This document shows positions 58,287 to 64,000 of a stretch of DNA of 64,000 bases, piece by piece. Source of the stretch: Tepidimonas sp. UBA997. GTDB lineage: Bacteria > Pseudomonadota > Gammaproteobacteria > Burkholderiales > Burkholderiaceae_C. Position 1 is the first letter of the stretch; each line of letters starts with the position of its first letter. Where the stretch lies: the NCBI GenBank assembly GCA_002291945.1, contig DBAZ01000026.1:31444-95443 (forward strand), written 5' to 3'. The notes under the pieces were generated by a model. That model was not told where the DNA came from. It did no database searches and saw nothing but the letters and a program-made list of their open reading frames with translations. Position numbers and translations under genes: made by a program.

Positions 58287-58326
58287 GCGTTGGCGTGGCA
58301 AACGCCAATGCGGCCAACGCTTGTTT
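58287..58326 (+). terminator. candidate intrinsic terminator after murU
   Basis: gcgttggc / gccaacgc 8-bp stem (18-nt loop with a competing inner hairpin ttggcg/cgccaa), followed by TTGTTT. Confidence 0.35.
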
Positions 58327-58453
58327 ACTGGACCACCCACGCGTGCGGCATTGACCAACGTTGCATCTATACGAACAGAGAGCGTGCTTACGGACGGTCC
58401 TCCTTTGTGATTGACCACAGTTGTAGCCGCCACCCAAAACGCTGGCAAACCGT

Positions 58454-59863
58454 ATGATGATCGGCATGAGCGCCATTCCCCACCAAGCCCGCTACGCCGA
58501 CCGCCGTGCCCGCCTCGCCGCCCAACTGGGTGCCGGGGGTGTTGCCATCGTTCCGACGGCAGCGCAACGCAGCCGCAACCGCGACAGCGAATACCTGTTT
58601 CGCTTCGACAGCTATTTTTACTACCTCACCGGCTTCACCGAGCCTCGCAGTTGGCTGGTGCTCAGCGCCGAAGGCCACGCCACCCTGTTCTGCCAGCCGA
58701 AAGACCTGGAGCGGGAAATCTGGGACGGCATCCGCCTCGGGCCGCAGGCCGCCCCCGGCGCATTGGGCGTGAACGAAGCGTATTCGGTGGACGAACTCGA
58801 CGCCCGCTTGCCCAAGCTGCTGGAAAACCGCGCCACCGTGTGGTACCCGTTTGCGATCCACGCCGGGCTGGAAGGCCGGGTCGATGGCTGGCTGCAAAAG
58901 GTGCGCGCCCGCGTGCGCTACGGTGCCCTGTGCCCCGACGCCCAGCGCGACCTGTGCCGCCCGCTGGACGAGATGCGCCTCATCAAAGACGCGCACGAAA
59001 TCGGCGTCATGCAACGCGCCGCCCAGATCAGCGCCCAGGCCCACCTCCGCGCCATGCGCCGCAGCGCCGCCACCCTACGCGCCGGGCAGGATCTGCGCGA
59101 ATACCACCTGGACGCCGAGCTGCTGCACGAATTTCGCCAGCACGGCTCGCAGTACCCGGCCTACGGCAGCATCGTCGCGGCGGGGGCCAACGCGTGTGTG
59201 CTGCACTACCGCGCCGACGCGGCTGCGGTGCGCAACGGCGACTTGGTGCTGATCGACGCCGGTTGCGAACTCGACGGCTACGCCAGCGACATCACCCGCA
59301 CCTTCCCGGCCAATGGCAGCTTCAGCGGCCCGCAGCGCGACCTGTACGACTTGGTGCTGGCCAGCCAGCACGCCGCAGTGGCCGCCACCGGACCCGGCAG
59401 ACGCTTCGTGGACCCGCACGACGCCACCGTCGAGGTGCTGGCGCAGGGTATGCTGGACTTGGGGCTGCTCAACCACAACGACGTCGGCCACCTGGACGAC
59501 GTGATCGAGCAGCGCCGCTACTTGCGCTTTTACATGCACCGCACCGGCCACTGGCTGGGGCTGGACGTACACGACGTGGGCAGCTACGTCGAGCCCAGCG
59601 AGCTTGGTCAGATCAGCGAGCGCCGCGACCCCTTGAGCGGCGAAACCATCAAAGACCGGCCCAGCCGCATCCTGCGCCCCGGCATGGTGCTGACCATCGA
59701 GCCCGGCCTGTATGTGAGTCCGGCCGCCGGCGTGCCCGAGCATTTCTGGAACATGGGCATCCGCATCGAGGACGATGCGGTGGTCACGGAAACCGGCTGC
59801 GAACTCATCACCCGTGGCGTGCCGGTGCAGGCCGATGAGATTGAAGCCGTGATGCGCGGCTGA
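58454..59863 (+). CDS. pepP: Xaa-Pro aminopeptidase
   Basis: 469 aa (alternative ATG at 58466). FRFDSYFYYLTGF, DAGCELDGYASDITRT, HRTGHWLGLDVHD, and IEPG..IRIED metal-ligand motifs. Confidence 0.9.
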   Translation: MMIGMSAIPHQARYADRRARLAAQLGAGGVAIVPTAAQRSRNRDSEYLFRFDSYFYYLTGFTEPRSWLVLSAEGHATLFCQPKDLEREIWDGIRLGPQAAPGALGVNEAYSVDELDARLPKLLENRATVWYPFAIHAGLEGRVDGWLQKVRARVRYGALCPDAQRDLCRPLDEMRLIKDAHEIGVMQRAAQISAQAHLRAMRRSAATLRAGQDLREYHLDAELLHEFRQHGSQYPAYGSIVAAGANACVLHYRADAAAVRNGDLVLIDAGCELDGYASDITRTFPANGSFSGPQRDLYDLVLASQHAAVAATGPGRRFVDPHDATVEVLAQGMLDLGLLNHNDVGHLDDVIEQRRYLRFYMHRTGHWLGLDVHDVGSYVEPSELGQISERRDPLSGETIKDRPSRILRPGMVLTIEPGLYVSPAAGVPEHFWNMGIRIEDDAVVTETGCELITRGVPVQADEIEAVMRG

Positions 59864-59875
59864 AGCTGCCGGACT

Positions 59876-61078
59876 TCAGACCTTTTCCAGCACCAGGGCA
59901 ATGCCCTGGCCCACGCCGATGCACAGGGTGCACAGCGCGTAGCGGCCGCCGGTGGTGTGCAGGCGGTTGATGGCGGTGGTGGCCAGCCGTGCGCCCGAGG
60001 CCCCCAGCGGGTGACCCAGCGCGATGGCGCCACCCCAGGCGTTGACGCGCGGGTCGTCCTCCTGCAAGCCCAGCAGGCGCAATACCGCCAGGCCCTGGGC
60101 GGCAAAGGCTTCGTTGAGCTCGATCACGTCCATCTGCGCCAGCGTCAGGCCGGTCTGGTCCAGCACTTTCTGCGTGGCCGGTGCCGGGCCGATGCCCATG
60201 ATGCGCGGAGCCACACCGGCGGTGGCCATGCCGACCACCCGGGCCTTGGGGCTAAGGCCGTTCTTCGCGGCGGTGGTCTCGTCGGCCAGAATCAGCGCAC
60301 AGGCACCGTCGTTCACGCCACTGGCGTTGCCAGCGGTCACCGAGCCGTCCGGCCGCACCACGCCTTTGAGCTTGGCCAGCGCTTCCAGGCTGGTCTTGCG
60401 CGGATGCTCGTCGGTGTCCACCACTTGTGGCGCACCATTTTTTGGCGCAATGGTGACCGGGCAGATTTCGCGTGCCAGGTGACCGGCCTCGATGGCGGCG
60501 ACGGCACGGAGTTGGCTGTTGAGGGCCATCACGTCCTGCGCTTCACGCTCGATCTTGAACTCCACCGCCACGTTTTCGGCGGTCTCGGGCATGGAGTCCA
60601 CGCCGTATTGCGCTTTCATCAGCGGGTTGATGAAGCGCCAGCCGATGGTGGTGTCGTACACGGCGTTGGCGCGGCTGAAGGCGCTCTCGGCCTTGGGCAT
60701 GACAAAGGGCGCACGGCTCATGCTCTCCACCCCGCCAGCGATCACCAGGCCCGCTTCGCCGGCCTTGATGGCGCGCGCTGCCGTGCCGATGGCGTCCAGC
60801 CCCGAGCCGCACAGGCGGTTGACGGTGGTGCCAGGCACGTCCAGCGGCAAGCCCGCGAGCAGGCTGCTCATGCGGGCGACGTTGCGGTTGTCCTCGCCGG
60901 CTTGGTTGGCGCAGCCGTAGATCACGTCGGCCACGGCGGCCCAGTCCACGTTGGGGTTGCGCGCCATCAGCGCCTTCAGGGGTATCGCGCCGAGGTCGTC
61001 GGTGCGCACGCTGCACAGGACACCGCCGTAGCGGCCAAAGGGGGTGCGAATGGCGTCGCAGATGAAGGCTTGGTTCAT
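59876..61078 (-). CDS. acetyl-CoA C-acyltransferase (3-ketoacyl-CoA thiolase)
   Basis: 400 aa. NRLCGSGLDA nucleophile Cys, NEAFAAQ, GHPLGASG, and CIGVGQG motifs. Confidence 0.93.
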   Translation of the reverse strand: MNQAFICDAIRTPFGRYGGVLCSVRTDDLGAIPLKALMARNPNVDWAAVADVIYGCANQAGEDNRNVARMSSLLAGLPLDVPGTTVNRLCGSGLDAIGTAARAIKAGEAGLVIAGGVESMSRAPFVMPKAESAFSRANAVYDTTIGWRFINPLMKAQYGVDSMPETAENVAVEFKIEREAQDVMALNSQLRAVAAIEAGHLAREICPVTIAPKNGAPQVVDTDEHPRKTSLEALAKLKGVVRPDGSVTAGNASGVNDGACALILADETTAAKNGLSPKARVVGMATAGVAPRIMGIGPAPATQKVLDQTGLTLAQMDVIELNEAFAAQGLAVLRLLGLQEDDPRVNAWGGAIALGHPLGASGARLATTAINRLHTTGGRYALCTLCIGVGQGIALVLEKV

Positions 61079-61168
61079 GACAGTCTCCGGAAATGGGGGG
61101 TAACCCCGCGATGGTTAAGAGAAAAGGCGCATGGCGACCACAGCCTTCCGTGTCGTGCCGCGCCGGGG

Positions 61169-63238
61169 TCATGCGAGCAGTTTGCCGAGGTTGCCCAGGC
61201 GGAAGCCGAACCCGGACTCGCTGGCCATGGTCTGAAGATCACGCGCCATGGCAGCACGGTCTTGCTGGCGGGCCCAAAACACCGGACCTCCCTCCCAGCG
61301 TGGGAAGCCGTATCCTTGCACCAGCACCACGTCGATGTCGGTGGCACGGGCGGCCACGCCTTCGGCGAACAGCAGCGCAGCCTCGTTCACCATGGCCAGC
61401 AGGGCCCGGCGGCGGATCTGCTCGGCGCTCAGCGGCTGGCGGGTGATGCCGCGTGCAGCGCTGGCCTGTTCGATGATGCCGCGTACGCTGGTGTCGGTGG
61501 TTTTGGCGGCTTTGCCTTCTGTGTAGCGGTAGTAACCAGCGCCGGTTTTGCGGCCCAGACGGCCTTGCTCACACAACTGGTCGAGTACGTTGACGTAGCG
61601 CACTCGCGGGTCGCGCGTTGCGGCCTGGGCCTTACGCATGCGCCAAGCGATGTCCAGGCCCGACAGGTCAGCCACGGCAAACGGCCCCATTGCAAAGCCC
61701 ATGCCGGTCAGGGCGTTGTCCACGTCTTCGGGCCAGGCGCCGTCTTCGAGCATGCATTCGCACTGGTTGCGGTAGGCGTTGTAGATCCGGTTGCCGATGA
61801 AACCGAAGGCGTTACCAGACAGCACAGGCAGCTTCTTGAGCGCCTTGCCCAGGGCCATGCCGGTGGCCAGCACGTCGGGTGCGGTCCGTGCGCCGCGCAC
61901 CACTTCGATCAACTTCATCACGTTGGCAGGGCTGAAAAAATGCAGGCCCAATACGTCTTGCGGGCGCTGTGTGGCGTTCGCAATCTGGTCCACGTCCAGG
62001 TAGGATGTGTTGGTGGCCAGCACCGCCCCAGGTCGGGCGTGGGCGTCGATTTGCCGGAAAACGTCCTGCTTGACGGCCAGGTCTTCAAACACGGCCTCGA
62101 TCACCAGGTCGGCGCGGGCCAGTTGGGTCCAGTCGGTGGTCGGGGCCAGGCGGGCCTGCGCGGCCTCGGCTGCGGCAGGTTTCATCTTGCCGGCGGCCAC
62201 GCGCCCGCCGTAGTGTTCGGCCACACGTTGCTCGCCACGGGTCAGGGCTGCGTCGTTTTGTTCTAGCAACAGCACGTTCAGGCCAGCGTCGAGTGCACAG
62301 ATGGCGATGCCCGCGCCCATGGTGCCGACGCCGATCACGGCCACGGTCTGCACCGGACGCGGCTCGGCCTGCACATCGGGCGGCAGCCTGGAGGCTTCGC
62401 GCTCGGCCTTGAGCTGGTGGCGCAGCGCCTGTGCAGCGTGGCTGGGCACCAGTTGCAGGAATAGCTCGCGCTCGCGCTTGGCACCTTCGGCAAAGGGTAG
62501 CGCACAGCCGGCCACCGCGTCCATCAGCGTGCCATAGGCGGGTTGCAGCCGCTGGCGGGCATTGAGCTTGTCGCGTTCGGCGGCCACCTGTTCGGCCACG
62601 GCGGCCGTGTCCAGTGTGCGCCCGCGCGTGCCGATCGGCATGGCACCGGATTCGGCCAACTGGCGCGCCAATGCACAGGCCGCGCTTACCACGTCTTCGG
62701 TCACCACGCGGTCGAACAGCCCGCTGTCGGCCCAGACCTGCGCGGTCTGGGGCTGGCCGGTCAGCATCATGCCCAGCGCCTTGGGTACCCCGACCAGGCG
62801 AGGCAGCAGCTGCGTGCCGGTAGAGCCCGGTATCAAGCCTAGGTTGATTTCAGGCAGGCCCACCTTGGCGCTGGCCAGGGCGACCCGGCCGTGGCAGGTC
62901 ATGGCCAGTTCCAGTCCACCGCCCAGCGCCACCCCACCCATGGCCGCCACCACCGGGATGCGGCAGGCTGCCAAGCGCGCCAGCACCGTTAGCAGTATCG
63001 GTTCGGCAAACTGCGTCGGCGCGCCGAGTTCGGCCACATCGGCCCCGGCCGAAAAGGCCTTGTCGTTGCCCGTGAGTACGATACCTCGCACGTCCGGGTC
63101 GGCCTCCGCCGCATCCAGCGCCTGCACGATGAAGTTGCGCAGCACATGGCTGAGGCTGTTGACCGGCGGGTGATTCAAGGTGACGACGGCAATGCCGTCC
63201 CGCAAGGCGTAAAAGCTCATGGACGAATCCGAAAACAC
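61169..63238 (-). CDS. bifunctional enoyl-CoA hydratase / 3-hydroxyacyl-CoA dehydrogenase (FadB/FadJ-like)
   Basis: 689 aa (alternative ATG at 63220). N-terminal crotonase fold (FSAGADV). Central VAVIGVGTMGAGIA NAD fold plus 3HCDH C-terminal domains. Confidence 0.9.
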   Translation of the reverse strand: MFSDSSMSFYALRDGIAVVTLNHPPVNSLSHVLRNFIVQALDAAEADPDVRGIVLTGNDKAFSAGADVAELGAPTQFAEPILLTVLARLAACRIPVVAAMGGVALGGGLELAMTCHGRVALASAKVGLPEINLGLIPGSTGTQLLPRLVGVPKALGMMLTGQPQTAQVWADSGLFDRVVTEDVVSAACALARQLAESGAMPIGTRGRTLDTAAVAEQVAAERDKLNARQRLQPAYGTLMDAVAGCALPFAEGAKRERELFLQLVPSHAAQALRHQLKAEREASRLPPDVQAEPRPVQTVAVIGVGTMGAGIAICALDAGLNVLLLEQNDAALTRGEQRVAEHYGGRVAAGKMKPAAAEAAQARLAPTTDWTQLARADLVIEAVFEDLAVKQDVFRQIDAHARPGAVLATNTSYLDVDQIANATQRPQDVLGLHFFSPANVMKLIEVVRGARTAPDVLATGMALGKALKKLPVLSGNAFGFIGNRIYNAYRNQCECMLEDGAWPEDVDNALTGMGFAMGPFAVADLSGLDIAWRMRKAQAATRDPRVRYVNVLDQLCEQGRLGRKTGAGYYRYTEGKAAKTTDTSVRGIIEQASAARGITRQPLSAEQIRRRALLAMVNEAALLFAEGVAARATDIDVVLVQGYGFPRWEGGPVFWARQQDRAAMARDLQTMASESGFGFRLGNLGKLLA

Positions 63239-63318
63239 AACAAGCGGCTATTGTTGCTTTTGGGTATTTCCTTGACAATCACAATGCAAATAAACATACC
63301 GTCAAACAGGATTGAACA

Positions 63319-64000
63319 ATGCTCGACGCCGCCGCCTTGTTGTTGCTGGTGGATATTGTCGATGCCGGTGGTTTGAGCCAAGCTGCCCGTAAACGGCGCA
63401 TGAGCCGCGCCAACATCAGCTACCACCTGGCCCAGTTGGAAAAAACCGTTGGCCTGCAGCTGGTGCGCCGCACCACCCGCCGCATCGAACCGACCGAAGC
63501 CGGTCTCAATCTCTACCAGCATGGCTGCGCCATCCGCGACGAGTTGCTGGCTGCACAGGAGTCTCTGGTTAGCCTGGCCGAGGGTTTGCATGGCTATGTG
63601 AGGCTGGCGGTACCCACCGGCTTCGGGCAAATGGTGATGTCGGGCTGGTTGATCGAGTTCAAGCGCCTGCACCCCAGCATTCGGCTGGAGCTGGTGTTCG
63701 ACAACCGGGTGGACGATCTGCTGCGCGACGAAGTGGATGTGGCGGTGCGCGTGATGAGCGACCCCCCGCCTAGCCTGGTGGCGCGCGAACTGGCGCCGAT
63801 GCGCCACATTGCCTGCGCCTCGGCCGGGTTTGCCGCCCGCCACGCGATGCCACAGCAGGTGGACGACCTGCTGCAGTTGCCCATCATCACCTCCACCGTG
63901 GTGGGGCGCGAGCTGCGCCTGGCCGCCTATCGGGGTGACGAACGGCGCGAACTGGCGCTGCAACCCACGCTGGCGTCAGAGAACTTCCAGTTCCTGCACG
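63319..64000 (+). CDS. LysR-family transcriptional regulator (3' end outside window)
   Basis: Not in the ORF track because there is no stop in the window. My translation from the ATG at 63319 reads MLDAAALLLLVDIVDAGGLSQAARKRRMSRANISYHLAQLEKTVGLQLVRRTTRRIEPTEAG.., then a LysR substrate-binding domain. Divergent from the fadB-thiolase operon. Confidence 0.85.
   Translation, partial: MLDAAALLLLVDIVDAGGLSQAARKRRMSRANISYHLAQLEKTVGLQLVRRTTRRIEPTEAGLNLYQHGCAIRDELLAAQESLVSLAEGLHGYVRLAVPTGFGQMVMSGWLIEFKRLHPSIRLELVFDNRVDDLLRDEVDVAVRVMSDPPPSLVARELAPMRHIACASAGFAARHAMPQQVDDLLQLPIITSTVVGRELRLAAYRGDERRELALQPTLASENFQFLH

Noticed and set aside
58244-58453. The 210-bp murU-pepP gap as a structured ncRNA, for example 6S RNA, which sits near pepP-region genes in some proteobacteria.
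   Set aside because: There is no long 5'/3' closing helix or central-bubble architecture. I see only a local hairpin pair compatible with a weak terminator, and no promoter hexamers with acceptable spacing.

Overview
High-GC betaproteobacterial-type chromosomal segment. Gene content and order look Burkholderiales/Comamonadaceae-like, but I cannot verify this without a database. The window is densely coding and mostly housekeeping.

Gene content, left to right:
- THUMP RNA methyltransferase plus a solitary PIN-domain gene
- flhDC flagellar master regulator
- paiB, a PduO-type adenosyltransferase gene, an FAD-linked D-lactate dehydrogenase-like oxidase, and a PAS-GGDEF-EAL sensor
- the origin-proximal mnmG-rsmG-parA-parB block, with two parS sites inside mnmG and rsmG
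- a Crp-family regulator with a DUF2892 gene and an FMN reductase gene
- a 15-gene minus-strand run: LpxL-like acyltransferase, the full putrescine uptake and gamma-glutamylation/transaminase catabolic cluster, an MFS transporter and copA
- copZ, minCDE, mscS, tsaC-purK-purE
- a Ralstonia-type soluble NAD-reducing [NiFe] hydrogenase operon, hoxFUYHWI
- ybbN, gbsR-cydAB
- a copper-chaperone cluster (DUF2946, SCO, PCuAC)
- purC-fba-pyk, an MCP, a CoA-transferase, murU, pepP, a thiolase/fadB beta-oxidation pair and a partial LysR gene

I found no rRNA or tRNA genes, CRISPR arrays, transposases, integrases or recognisable defence islands. I see no convincing multi-gene novel system.

The least-explained signals are noncoding or degenerate:
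1. A DnaA-box cluster in an AT-rich gap upstream of minC, at a gene-orientation switch.
2. An 840-bp parA-rsmG gap filled by two nested long palindromic elements that share a 74-bp core.
3. A promoter-to-terminator small-RNA candidate convergent with flhC.
4. A doubly truncated response-regulator remnant.
5. A perfect CRP-type box with exact class II geometry overlapping the stop codon of the Crp-family gene.
6. An AT-rich near-perfect 40-bp palindrome over the gbsR ribosome-binding site.

All functional calls come from motif and family recognition by eye on the supplied translations. No searches were run.
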